DNA from: Octopus sinensis | Taxonomy: Eukaryota | Length of the DNA stretch: 64,000 nucleotides | Reading direction: 5' to 3' | Assembly: GCF_006345805.1 (NCBI RefSeq) | Contig: NC_043011.1 | Coordinates: 30,764,464 to 30,828,463, forward strand | Shown: in pieces, positions 27,267 through 40,445 of the stretch | Numbering within the stretch: the stretch's first letter is position 1 | How the letters are laid out: the number at the start of each line of letters is the position of its first letter | Position numbers and translations under genes: made by a program | Notes under the pieces: model-generated | Databases searched by the model: none | The model's input: the letters and a program-made list of their open reading frames with translations, nothing else | What the model was told of the DNA's origin: nothing

Positions 27267-27620
27267 AAAGTTTATATTCAGTAAATACATTCTAAGCAGT
27301 TCAGTTCGAGTTTTTAATAAAATTGTATCTAGCTAAAGATCCTGAGTTTGGACTGTCCTGTTTCAATTACTAGTATCTTTCTATAATAAGAATTGCAAAC
27401 ATTTGTAAATATAGACAAATAACTGTTGGTAAAATAAATAAATAAATAAATAAATAGATAAAAATTTTGTGGGGCAAGTGAATGGATGGACAGGGATGGA
27501 TTGAGTTACATTGGATTTAAGACAAAGGAATGGTGCTAGAAAAGGGAAGGGGAAGATACATATACAGGTTAGAATGTTTAGTGGGAGAAAGGTTGTTTTG
27601 CTAGCTAGCTTAGGTCGGGA

Positions 27621-27851
27621 TCGGCGAGCTGGCAGAAACGTTAGCACGCCGGGCGAAATGCTTAGCGGTATTTCGTCTGCTGCTACATTCTGAGTTCAAA
27701 TTCCGCCGAGGTCGACTTTGCCTTTCATCCTTTCGGGGTCGATAAATTAAGTACCAGTTACGCACTGGGGTCGATGTAATCGACTTAATACCTATGTCTG
27801 TCCTTGTTTGTCCCCTCTGTGTTTAGCCCCTTGTGGGTAATAAAGAAATAG
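27621..27851 (+). mobile_element. MetaSINE
   Basis: Family consensus. Confidence 0.85.
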
Positions 27852-28239
27852 GGATGCATATACACATTCGCACGCACACCCGCTTGTACATACATTCACA
27901 CAAAGGACGTTGACCCACCCGCCCACATGGTCAATTTCGGCCATAGTTCGTATAATTTATAGTTGAAAGACAATCTCACCAGATGTGTGTCGTTATAGTC
28001 ACCTCAAGACTAGGGCAGCTCGCAGACAGTCTGACTCGCCACACATCTATATCACCGAGGGTGAATCACACACCCTTATACCTATTCATATATACACACA
28101 TGTACACGTGTGTGTGACTGTGTGTATGTGATGTGTATATTTACATAAGTTCATGTATATAAATATACCCATTTAGTAAACACATATTGCTTGCTAATTA
28201 TGGTCATCCATAATACATTGCATCAATACAATCCGCTTA

Positions 28240-28760
28240 TTTAGTTCAAACGTAAAATCTGTGCTTTTGTATGGCTCTGAAACATGGAGAGCCACCTGCA
28301 GCAACTACAAGAAGATCCAGACCTTCATCAACAAATGTCTCCGGCTGATCCTCCATCTGAAGTGGTTCGACAGAGTGTCAAACACCGACCTGTGGGAAAG
28401 GGCCAGCCAGGAGCCCATACATGTTCAGATTAGACGAAGGAGATAGAGATGAATCGGACACACACTGCGGAAAGAACCCCCAAATGTGACACGACAAGCA
28501 CTTGACTGGAACCCGCAGGGGAAAAGGAAGCGAGAACGCCTGAAGCAGACATGGAAGCGGAACATTTTGGAGGAGCTCAGGGCCATGGGCTGACATGGGA
28601 AGTAGCCAAGAAACACGCCAATGACCGCAAAAAGTGGAAAACAACTGCTGAGGCCCTATGCTCCACAAGGAGCAAAAGGTATTACGAAGAAGAAGAAGAA
28701 GAAGAAGAAGAAGAGAAGAAGAAGAAGAAGAAGAAGAAGAAGAAGAAGAAGAAGAAGAAG
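28240..28760 (+). mobile_element. RTE-clade LINE 3' end with (GAA)n tail
   Basis: SNVKSVLLYGSETW...[29 protein letters not shown] and ALCSTRS, followed by (GAA)n at 28687-28760. Confidence 0.85.
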
Positions 28761-29046
28761 AATGAAATTCGATGATGATTCTGTTCAACTATAGATGCTT
28801 TTTGACTGTACCTCCCAATCATCAGTGTCCAACTTCGGTTGCAATACGTGACAGGTACATGGTTGGCCGAAAAGCTGAGATATTAGTCTGTGTATGTGTC
28901 TCTTTTGTCGCTTTTCCATGTATGGCCGAGCAGGTTTCTCCATTATATCTCGATCATCCTTCAGCAGTGAAAATGCCTAAGTGAGTGGTTGGCATTGATA
29001 CCCTCCGACGTTTTGTAATGTATTGATGTTGCCTATCTTCTTTGTA

Positions 29047-29253
29047 TTGGGTTGTCCGGAAAGTTCGTGCCGATTTATAGTAGCTTACCTTTCGACTTAT
29101 TTTAGAACATGGTTGAGTCCATAAAATAGGAAAGATGGATACGCATTGTGCAACAAAATGGTTCATATTTGGTTGATTAAAAATGTAATGGCAAGTATTT
29201 ATTGACCTATTTCTTTCCTTTAAAAATCGGCACGAACTTTCCGGACAACCCAA
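29047..29253 (+). mobile_element. 207-bp mariner MITE, a deletion derivative of the 58593-59864 family
   Basis: Same TIR TTGGGTTGTCCGGAAAGTTCGTGCCGATTT at both ends, with a TA TSD. Confidence 0.93.
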
Positions 29254-29643
29254 TAGTTTTCAGCTAATTTCTTTCAGTTGCTTGTCTTCCTGCATCCCAG
29301 GGAGGGTTATACATAAGCGGCCTCCTACGGAGGAGATATGACTCCGATTGGTTGATTACTGTTGATTTCTGTACGCTTTGGATTCAATGAAGCTAATTTT
29401 GGTTTGCTAGTGGATATCTGTAGCTATTTTACAACATACACACACACACTTGCACACACATATACACACAAGCATATACACATGAACACATAAACACACA
29501 CACACACACATTCATGAATCTACACACACAAAGGTACACATACGCACACATACATACACAGATATACATATACATTTCCAGGTGTGTCTTTCCATGAATG
29601 ATTTTTCAGTCCGCGTGAATGTGCATGTGTGTATATGCGTCTG

Positions 29644-29649
<6 letters not shown>

Positions 29650-29709
<60 letters not shown>

Positions 29710-29858
29710 CTTATGCATCTCTGAGTGCATGCGCATGTGTGTATGTGCTGTATGTTTAAAGGTGTATGTGTATACTTTGTTTGTAATGTTATGTCTTATC
29801 CCCTCACAGGTTTGTATTACGTGTACATGTATCTATGTAAGTTTACATGTGTATATGT

Positions 29859-29899
<41 letters not shown>

Positions 29900-29927
29900 T
29901 GTGTGGTGTGTGTACGTGTGTGTGTGT

Positions 29928-29978
<51 letters not shown>

Positions 29979-30127
29979 CTTATGCATCTCTGAGTGCATG
30001 CGCATGTGTGTATGTGCTGTATGTTTAAAGGTGTATGTGTATACTTTGTTTGTAATGTTATGTCTTATCCCCTCACAGGTTTGTATTACGTGTACATGTA
30101 TCTATGTAAGTTTACATGTGTATATGT

Positions 30128-30170
<43 letters not shown>

Positions 30171-30216
30171 TGTGTGTGTGTGTGTACGTGTGTGTGTGTG
30201 TGTACGTGTGTGTGTG
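29650..30216. repeat. About 269-bp tandem duplication bounded by (GT)n tracts
   Basis: An identical ~157-bp block occurs at 29705-29861 and 29974-30130. Confidence 0.9.
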
Positions 30217-30375
30217 CTGGTTGCGTGAACTAGTTGCGTCTAATATTCAAAGAAATCGATGTTTAAAGCTATTAAGAGCTCACTGTAATCATTGTGTAGA
30301 ATCCTGTAAATCATCTAATCTCTTGTTATCGTAATTAATCAAGGTTTTAAATAAGCTTTAATCCATTGCTAGAGA

Positions 30376-30407
<32 letters not shown>

Positions 30408-31782
30408 TGTGTGTGAAATTGTTTACATGGTGCATGCATTCACGCATGTTTGTGCATGTGCGCATCTGTTTGCACATCTCCATAAACAAGTTTGGACGAT
30501 AGGAAGAACTAACTCTAAACACATCAGCATCAACGAATATGTGTGTGTGTGTGTGTATGTATGTATTTGCGTGTGTGTATGTATTTATGCGTGTGTGTGT
30601 GTGTCTGTCTGTCTGTCTGTGTTATAGATAGTTACTGATAGTGACTTCTAAGTTTCGTCAGTAGTAGTTTATTCAGCTCGTTTGAATTAGTCACTTACGG
30701 TAAGCCTTTGAAGTCACTGTCAAAAGTTTACAATAACTATTACACTCTGCACATAGACTCAGTCGTTTATTTAGATAGTGTTCGCATCGTTTCTATGTAT
30801 GTAAAAGCACCTATCTTTAACTTTGTATATGTGTATGTGTGTATCTGTCTGTCTGACCCGTGTAACAAAGTTCACTCTACTAATGGCCTCCAAGGACCAT
30901 GTTATATAATGTGTTCGCATTTTAGAGTGATTGTTTCAGGAACATTTCGCTATTTACTTGGTGTTCGCATTACATTTCACCTAAAATTTGCTTAACATTT
31001 CACCCAAAATTCTGAAACAAATGCCAGACAATATTTATTGTCTGGCTGACAATATTTATTTCTTATCTATTTTTGAATTAATATAGAAATTCATAACATT
31101 TAGGCCGCCGAGTTTCTCTCAACCACGAGGTGGTGACTATAATGTCTTTGGGTACAGGTCGGCTCAATTCAGACCTGAACTGAGAGTAAAGGGCAACAAA
31201 TCTGAGAGGACTGACTTTTACAGGGTGGGCAGTAGAAACAGACCTACTTAACCAAGCAGCTTTTCTCAAAGAACGGTGTACTACATCACTATAACTTATA
31301 TAATTACTCAAATGATTCTCAAACGATGCACCATCTCAAATTGCGTTACAAATTTTTTAAGATATAATGCAAAGCATAAGAAAATATCTATACTGCCTAA
31401 TGTATTCTTTTCTTCAAAAAAAATTGCGTAGAATGTGATTTTGAGACAAATAGTAGGTCGAGCGAATACTTAAGGTGCCAACATATTTAAAGTGCATAAC
31501 AATTTTTTCTTCAATATCCTCTCTGACTGTACCATTTGTAGAAGCTGTTTTGTTTATTGTACTTATGGTTGTTATTGTTGTTGTTCAGCTCTATGTGAGC
31601 TCTGATTGAGGACACCTACGGTGAAAGACATTCTGCATTGACTCCCCGCCGTTTTGTATACCTAGTGTGAAATTTTTAAGAAAGTAGCTCGAAAGACGAA
31701 GCTATATGGCTTCTATTTCTAGCACTGCGAGTGGTTGCTAGAGTCGTTTGCAGTATCAGAAATATCCTTTGTTGACAGTGAA

Positions 31783-32382
31783 GGCGGCGAGCTGGCAGAA
31801 ACGTTAGCACGCCGGTCGGAATGCTTAGCGGTATTTCGGCTGCCTCTACGTTCTGAGTTCAAATTCCGCCGAGGTCGACTTTGCCTTTCATCCTTTCGGG
31901 GTCGATAAATTAAGTACCAGTTACGCACTGGGGTCGATGTAATCGACTTAATACCTATGTCTGTCCTTCTTTGTCCGCTCTGTGTTTAGCCCCTTGTGGG
32001 TAATAAAGAAATAGGTATTTCGGCTGCCTCTACGTTCTGAGTTCAAATTCCGCCGAGGTCGACTTTGCCTTTCATCCTTTCGGGGTCGATTAAATAAGTA
32101 CCAGTTATGCACTGGGGTCGATGTAATCGGCTTAATCCGTGTATCTCTCCTTGTTTGTCTCCTCTGTGTTTAGCCCCTTGTGTGGAGTAAAGAAATAGGT
32201 ATTTCGTCTGCCGTTACGTTCTGAGTTCAAATTCCGCCGAGGTCGACTTTGCCTTTCATCCTTTCGGGGGTCGATAAATTAAGTAGCAGTTACGCACTGG
32301 GGTCGATGTAACCGACTTAATCCCTTTGTCTATCCTTGTTTGTCCCCTCTATGTTTAGCCCCTTGTGAGCAATAAAGAAATA
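31783..32382 (+). mobile_element. Trimeric MetaSINE flanked by one 23-bp TSD
   Basis: Three Meta units are joined at AAGAAATA|GGTATTTCG. AGAAATATCCTTTGTTGACAGTG is at 31758-31780 and 32383-32405. Confidence 0.9.
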
Positions 32383-32688
32383 AGAAATATCCTTTGTTGA
32401 CAGTGTTTGAAGCAGTTAGTGCTGGTGTTTGTTATTAGTTATGAAATTATTAGCTCTTAGTATTCTCCGTTCCCAAATCAGTCCTTACCAAGCGGATGTA
32501 TGATCGAAGGAATTCCAACAGTGACCAACCCGTCTTTTTTAATATCAAGGTGTACAAGGCTTAATGTCTCCCTCCTTTTTCAGAATATGATTTGAACGTC
32601 TTCGCTCCTATTTGTAACTATTGTTAAACCACGTCGGAGGGTTTATGCTGTTGGCTGCTGCAGTTTATGGTGACGTAAAATAATAATT

Positions 32689-32940
32689 GTGGAAACGCGT
32701 GGCTTAGTGGTTAGGGTGTCAGCATCATGATCGTAAGATTGTGGTTTCGACTCCTGGACCGGGCGGCGCGTTGTGTTCTTGAGCAAAACACTTCATTTCA
32801 GTCCACTCAGCTGGCAAAAAGGAGTAGCGCTGCGATGGACTGGCGTCCCGTCCAGCTGGGGAACACATACGCCATTGAAACCGGGAAACCGGGCCTATGA
32901 ACCTGGCTAGGCTTTAAAAGGGCGCATTTATTTTTTATTT
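32689..32940 (+). mobile_element. CORE-type tRNA-SINE (same family as 15944)
   Basis: Close match to 15944-16205, with TAAAATA.TAATT flanks. Confidence 0.85.
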
Positions 32941-33325
32941 TAAAATATTAATTAACATTAACGGAAAATAATAGTTAACTGTCGACTTAACGACAATTAA
33001 CAGTATCAACAACACGGATGCTTTAACTATCAAATATGGCCTCTGGATGTGCCGGGTAATGTGATAATACATCCATCAGTGCACGCAAATTTATCTCTAA
33101 CAGGTAAGCAGGTGCAACTTCTAAAATTTGCCTTTAGAATTACGAAAGTGTGAAAATTGCTTGTGTCGAGTTCAAGTTTTGAAAATCTGACTACTGATTC
33201 ATTCTGTTATGGTAATCAAACCGTGACCATCAATTGACAAAAGAAAATTTTTGACAGTCATCTAGCCTGCAGAATTCAGCATACATAACATTCATTTAGC
33301 CGGGCCTCAGTGCTACCAAGTTGTT

Positions 33326-33712
33326 AGGCATGGCTGTGTGGTAAGAAGCTCGCTTCCCAACTACATGGTTCCGGCTTGAATCCCACTGCATGGCACCTTA
33401 GGCAAGTGTCTTCTACTAAAGCCTCGGACCGATCATAGCCTTGTGAGTGGATGTGATAGACGGAAACTGAAAGAAACCTGTCGTATGTGTGTGCGTGTGC
33501 GTCTTTGTGTCTGAGCCTGTCCCCTCACAACCCTTTGACAATCGGTGTTGGTGTGTTTTCGTCCTCGTGGCCTAGCGTTTCGGCAAAAGGGACCGACAGA
33601 ATAAGTACCAGGCTTTAAAGAATAAATCCTTGGGTCGAAGTGTTCGACTAAAACCGTTCAAGGCAGTGCTCCAGCATGGCCGCAAGTCAAATTACTGGAA
33701 TAAGTAATAGAT
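33326..33712 (+). mobile_element. Diverged Nin-SINE
   Basis: Family consensus. Confidence 0.8.
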
Positions 33713-34202
33713 AAAAAATAATACTTGTATCACATGAATGAGTTCAGAATTAAAGAGTTAAAACTGTAACCGCAACCCTTCGGTTGCTTTCGAAATTTGT
33801 TGCAGCTGTGCTAATAGTATACGTTGCACAGCCTTATGTCACAACGTAAAGTGGGCAGCGATTACGCAACATAAGTACGAGAAACAAAGAAAGTATTTTG
33901 ATAATCATCTGTGACCTATGATACCACTTTATTGAAAGTCTCGGAGCAAGGATATAATGATCGATATAAGACTTAATATGTCTAATTGTGTTTACAATGA
34001 ATAATGAGGTTTTAGTGATGTCTGAGTTAAGCACAATATTTAATGTTTTTTTAATATTATTTTAATATTTTGTATGTTAACCTCGTATTCTGTTTGCTTC
34101 TAATTATTTTTATTACATTTTTAATTCTGTTTCTTTGCTGATTTTTCAACATGCATTAATCATCACAATGAGTTTGGTTATAGATTTATTTATAAGTCAT
34201 AT

Positions 34203-34374
34203 AGGCGCAGGAGTAGCTGTGTGGTAAGTAGCTTGCTTGCCAACCACATGGTTCCGGGTTCAGTCCCTCTGCGAGGCACCTTGGGCAAATGTCTATAGCC
34301 TCGGGCCGACCAAAACCTTGTGAGTGGATTTGGTAAAGGGAAACTGAAAGAAGGTCGTCGTATTTATGTATGTA

Positions 34375-34412
<38 letters not shown>

Positions 34413-35366
34413 TGTGTGTGTGTACGTGTGTGTGTGTGTACGTGTGTGTATATGTTTGTGTGTCTGGGTTTGTCCCCCCAACATCGCTTGACAACTGATG
34501 CTGGTGTGTTTATGTCCCCGTAACTTAGCGGTTCGGCAAAAGAGACCGATAGAATAAGTACTAGGCTTACAAAGAATAAGTCCTGGGGTTGATTTGCTCG
34601 ACAAAAAGCGGTGCTCCAGCATGGCCACAGTCAAATGACTGATATGTAACTCATGTAACTTATTGCAAGTTCTTTTTTCTTTATCTTTTATTTTTTACTT
34701 GTTTCAATCATTAAACTGCGGCCATGCTGGGGCACCGCCTTGAAGGATTTTAGTCAAAGGAATCGACCAACCCACCCAGTTCCTTTTTTTTTTTTTCTTC
34801 AAAGCTTATTCTATCGGTCTCTCTTTTGCCGAACAGTTAACGTACGGAGACGTAAACAGACCAACACCAGTTGCCAAGCGGTTGTGAGGTGGAAGCACAA
34901 TATTTAAATATTGAAACAAGCAAAAAGATAAATAAACATAGGCGCAGGAGTGGCTGTGTGGTAAGTAGCTTGCTAACCATACACATGGTTCCGGGTTCAC
35001 TCCCACTGCGTGGCATCTTGGGCAAGTGTCTTCTGCTATAGCCCCGGGCCGACCAATGCCTTGTGAGTGGATTTGGTAGACGGAAACTGAAAGAAGCCTG
35101 TCGTATATATGTATATATATATATATATATGTGTATGTGTGTGTGTTTGTGTGTGTGTGTTTGTCCCCCTAGCATTGCTTGACAACCGATGCTGGTGTGT
35201 TTACGTCCACGTCACTTAGCGGTTCGGCAAAAGAGACCGATAGAATAAGTACTGGGCTTACAAAGAATAAGTCCCGGGGTCGATTTGCTCGACTAAAGGC
35301 GGTGCTCCAGCATGGCCGCAGTCAAATGACTGAAACAAGTAAAAGAGTAAAAGAGAGCAAAAGAGT
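34203..35366. mobile_element. Cluster of three Nin-SINEs (+ 34203-34642, - 34690-34890, + 34940-35366)
   Basis: Family consensus in alternating orientation. Confidence 0.85.
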
Positions 35367-36419
35367 AAACATCATTGGCGAGAAGAGCTGTCAAAATACC
35401 ACGTGCGATATAAATGGATAGCTTTGTACAATTTTCTAAAGATGTACTAGATGTCTACTGTTTACCCACATTTTCCTGTTCCGCACTTGTCTCTGAAATT
35501 ATTTGCATTCTTTTCTGCATTTTTTCCCTTATTATTATTATTATTGTTTTGAAAATTACATTACACCTCGTGTTTTCTTCAACAATTTACTTCAAAGTGT
35601 CATGGCTGATAGTCCCTCATAAAAAATTTCTGACCTGTTTCTCAGATCTGCAAACCTTACAAAGAAGACAAGCTATGCTTGTTCTATAGTTGTTTACCTG
35701 ACCCTTCCTACTAAATAAACATGGTTTAACCGATCTACCTGAAAATGATAACAAACTCATATTTTCATTTCCGATTGTAAATTTTGCCTTGTTAGTGATT
35801 AAGAAAGAGAATGAAGTAGAGAGATTAAAAGAGTGTGCTTAGGACGATGAGATAAATATATTTCTATAACTGTCCTTGACATTAATACGTTACCAGCAGT
35901 AAGCTGCATCGAGAAACTTTATCTCTCGCAAATAAAATTCTCAAGTAGATTGACATAAGAAGGTAAATGATAAAAGTTTTTTTCGATAATCAATGCTCAA
36001 TTGTACAATCTGATTTGTACAAACACGAAAGTACGAAAATAACCAAAAATATACACACAACACAATTTTGTTTATTTTAATGTCCACGATTTATAGAGGA
36101 TGAGAAATCAAGGCTAATAAAAAGCAATCCAGTTCATAGTGCCTAATTTTTACTGTAGTTATTATGTAAACCAGTGGTTCTTAAACCGATTGGTAGCACC
36201 TCTTGGGACATTATGAGCTCAGAAAGGGGAGGAAAATATCAAGAGGGCGCTATGGAGTGCTGGTATTTTGGAGGAGTCGTATATTTCTTACAAACAAAAT
36301 ATTTAACTTAAACCAAGTAGAATGCTTATAAATTAAGTACATTTTCAAAAAAGTCAGTCAGCTAACGGCAAATATGACTAATAATGTGACATTATATTAC
36401 ATCATATAAGACACTCTAA

Positions 36420-36950
36420 GGCGGCGAGCTGGCAGAACCGTTAGCACGCCGGGCGAAATGCTTAGTGGTATTTCGTCTGCGTTACGTTGTGAGTTCAAAT
36501 TCCGCCGAGGTCGACTTTGCCTTTCATCCTTTCGGGGTCGATAAATTAAGTACCAGTTACGCACTGGGGTCGATGTAATCGACTTAATACCTATGTCTGT
36601 CCTTGTTTGTCCCCTCTGTGTTTAGCCCCTTGTGGGTAATAAAGAAATAGGTATTTCGGCTGCCTCTACGTTCTGAGTTCAAATTCCGCCGAGGTCGACT
36701 TTGCCTTTCATCCTTTCGGGGTCGATTAAATAAGTACCAGTTACGCACTGGGGTCGATATAATCGACTTAATCCGTTTGTCTTTCCTTGTTTGTCTTCTC
36801 TGTGTTTAGCCCCTTGTGGGTAGTAAAGAAATAGGTATTTCTTTCAGCTCTTTACGTTCTGAATTTAAATGCTTTTCATCTTTTCAGGATCGATAAAATG
36901 AAGTAGCAGTCACGTAACGGAGTCGATTTAATTGACTAACCCCGTCTCCT
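36420..36950 (+). mobile_element. Dimeric MetaSINE followed by a degenerate third unit
   Basis: Same unit junction as the 31783 trimer. Confidence 0.85.
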
Positions 36951-38214
36951 ACAATTGGTGACCTTGTGCTAAAATTTGAAATCATTATGTAAGTCCCACC
37001 TAATTTCCATAGACATATAACATCGGGTCACAAGTTCACGCATGTATCTAAAAGGAATCATGTGTCTGAGGGGACAGTGTAACAGAATATGAATAACAAA
37101 CCACTGACCGCTCTGTATGATTAAAACATTTATTTTCAAAACGCTAAAAGGGAACACTGAACTACGGAACTTTAAAAAACTCCTAGCCTATATCTTCGGA
37201 GATATCGAAGCAAACCGAACAACAATTTATTTTGACATATACTCCAGTTTACGACCAAAAAGTTTTGAGTGTATTTTACATTACTCCACATGAAATGATT
37301 TAAGTGTTACACTTCATTCCAAACAACATGTGTTATATGCTATCCTCCGAGTGTTCCATACCGAACCAGACATAGCATGGGACTGTGCAACACTAGACTG
37401 GACTAAGGAAGGCTCCCTTAATATAGACAGACCCGAAACACAATATGTTTCTAGAACTACTGATCACTAAAGCTATCAGAAATAACAACCAAATACCCCT
37501 TATCTCAAACCCTACAGTATGTATGTATCTATGTATGCATGCATAAAGGACCACATTAGGGGAGTGTAGACGTACCACGCTGCCCGATTTAACAGAATCA
37601 TTCTGCCGTTGAGCGCATTTAGCAGAGTCTATTGCAAGCATTTGGTCCGATTCTCGGGCCTAAGGATTTTCATAACTTATCAATGCACATTACATACCAT
37701 AATTCCTTTTATGCCAAATGATAGATCCAAATCCATGGCTAATTTTAATTTCTCTTTCCAAATATCGAAGGATTTCTCTCCAATATTAGCCCTTACACTA
37801 CATATTTCTTTCAAAAACTCAAATTTCTCGACCTCTTTCCAGGATACTCTTCGTATTTTTTTAAACGTGTTCGTTCGCATCCTATGCTCAACAGTAGATA
37901 ACCATTTTGGGAACCACTAACCTAGGAGAATGCTAACTCTGTGGAGCCGGTTTTGTTCGTCTCTGGGCTTCTTGGTATAGCTTGTGAGAGTCGTTGTGTT
38001 GTGTAAGCGACACTCGCCTTAAACCTTTGCACGGGCAGCAATCAGTATGCTCGTCTAACGAGTAGACAACCAGCATCATGTGTGAGGGGGTGTTTGTGAG
38101 AGAGAGCCAAGGCATAAAAATTATAGCTACACCTGACAGAAATGGTAGCCAATCTTCCTTAATGTCACACCCCTATATCTCAGCCAATGACAATGCTTCC
38201 ACATAGGACCTTTC

Positions 38215-38900
38215 ATCTTTTACCTTTTTGCTTGTTTCAGTATTTAGACTGCGGCCATACTGGGACACCGACTTTAGTCAAATGAATCAACCCCAGTGCT
38301 TATTTGTATATGCCTGGTACTTATTCTATCGATCGCTTTTGCTGAAACACTAATTTACGGTGACGTAAACACATGACCACCGGTTGCCAAGCGGTGATGG
38401 GCGACAAACAGACACAAAGACACACACACTCATACGCACACACACACACACACATACACACACATACAAGCACATACACACATATGGTGGAAGCACTCCG
38501 TCGGTTACGACGATGAGGGTTCCGGTTGATCCGATCAACGGAACAGCCTGCTCGTGAAATTAACGTGTAAGTGGCTGAGCACTCCACAGACACGTGTACC
38601 CGTAACGTAATTCTCGGGGATATTCAGCGTGACACAGAGAGTGACAAGGCCGGCCCTTTGAAATACAGGTACAACAGAAACAGGAAGTAAGAGTGAGAGA
38701 AAGTTGTGGTGAAAGAGTACAGCAGGGATCACCACCATCCCTGCCGGAGCCTCGTGGAGCTTTAGATGTTTTCGCTCAATAAACACTCATAACGCCCGGT
38801 CTGGGAATCGAAACCGCGATCCTACGACCGCGAGTCCGCTGCCCTAACCACTGGGCCATTGCGCCTCCACACACATATATGTATTGTGCGTGTGTGTGTG

Positions 38901-38950
<50 letters not shown>

Positions 38951-39168
38951 TGTGTGTGTGTATGTGTGTGTGTGTGTGTATATATAGATATATATATATA
39001 TATATACGACAGACTTCTTTCAGTTTCCATCTACCAAATCCACTCATAAAGCTTTGGTCGGCCCTAGGTTGTAGTTAAGACACTTGCCCAATGTACCACG
39101 CAGTGGAACTGAACCCGGAACCATGTGATTGGAAAGCAAGTTTCTCACCACACAGCCATGTCTGCGCC
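38215..39168 (-). mobile_element. Nin-SINE split by a second tRNA-SINE (38485-38870, minus) inserted in its internal microsatellite
   Basis: Nin tail at 38215-38470 and Nin head at 39006-39168. The nested SINE shares its head with 6502-6800. Confidence 0.75.
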
Positions 39169-39178
39169 AAAAGTGAGA

Positions 39179-39294
39179 TGCTTACGGCACCTGCGTTTCC
39201 CCATCACCCATCTAAATACTGACTAGGCTCGTTTTGCTTAACTTCAGTAATATCAGACGCGAACCTGAGCGTCCAGCGTGATATGGGCGTGGGC
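39179..39294 (-). pseudogene. 5S rRNA pseudogene
   Basis: The reverse complement GCCCACGCCCATATCACGCTG...CGTCTGAT..ACTGAAGTTAAGC...TCAGTATTTAGATGGGTGA..GGGAA..CAGGTGCCGTAAGCA is colinear with metazoan 5S, including A- and C-box regions, with substitutions and a small deletion. Confidence 0.85.
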
Positions 39295-40282
39295 GTGAAT
39301 ATCTAAAATAGCAACCAAATTTTCTTTAAATCAAAACCTACTATCTTATGTATCTTATATCGATGCATAAAACAACAGTCGAGTCCTTAGCGTATTAGGT
39401 AGACATATCAGATTCAGCAGTAAATTCGCTACCAGTTACTTTTGTATACATCACATACTTTACTTAAGCTCTTCGCTCTCTATGTAACACAGGACATTCA
39501 GTAATTTTTCTCTACTGGTCTCGACCCTGGGCTGTCTTTTCTGTTTCTCTCCAGTTGGATTCCTGCTTTTTCAGCTCTGCCTCAGCATCCCGCCTTCAGC
39601 TATTATGAGGGCGTTCTTTTTTCCGCTTCCCTTGCAGGTTTCAGGTTTGGGCCTGACACGTCATGTTTACCCGAAGGAAGGCTTTCTTCTTCATCTTGTT
39701 GGTTTTGATTTGTCATCGATGCTTCTATAACTTTGATGTTTTTCTTTGTAAGGGTGTTGACCCTATGGAAGCCCATTTTAACCTCTTGGGAATGGTGGTA
39801 TCTTATGTTAACATGGTCTCTGTCCTTTCAGTTGTCATGTATGTGAGGCCCTACCAGGAGCTTTTGCTCCTCTGTTATAGTTCTCGGCGTTAGTGAGGGC
39901 ATACAAGCTACCACACCGTACACACCAGGGAAAAATTGCCTTTAATTCTAAAAAGAAATCACTGAAGTCATTTTCTAAAACGATTATCTATGGTATTGTC
40001 ATATGGTTCTGGTGTTCCTTTTAATTTTAGTGCATATTATTTAGTTATTCCATATTCACTGACAACTATTACTACTTATTAAAGTTATTGAGAAAAACAT
40101 ACCTATTGTTTTGAAACGGTTTTAACATTCCTGAATCTCACGTATAGTGATTAAAGTTGTATTGACATTCTGTAGCTGACATGGTGCCACGAATTGTAGC
40201 AACGCGATTCAACGAAATTTTAGAATCGAAAAATAAGCATTGAAACTCTTGTGCCATGAGATTTATTCAAACAGACTGACAT

Positions 40283-40442
40283 TCCGTCGGTTATGGTTGA
40301 TCCGATCAACGGAACAGCCTGCTCGTGAAATTAACGTGCAAGCGGTAGAGTACTCTAGAAACACACGTACTCTGAACGAAGTTCTCAGGGAGATTCAGCG
40401 TGCCACATATTGTAACAAGGCTGGACCTTTGAAATACAAATC
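40283..40442 (-). mobile_element. SINE tail fragment (same tail as the 38485 SINE)
   Basis: GTTGATCCGATCAACGGAACAGCCTGCTCGTGAAATTAACGTG is shared. Confidence 0.75.
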
Positions 40443-40445
40443 TTA

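Noticed and set aside
37540-37920. Short ORFs beside a hAT/Charlie-like end (minus TAGTGGTTCCCAAA)
   Set aside because: No partner TIR or convincing transposase motif; too decayed to call.
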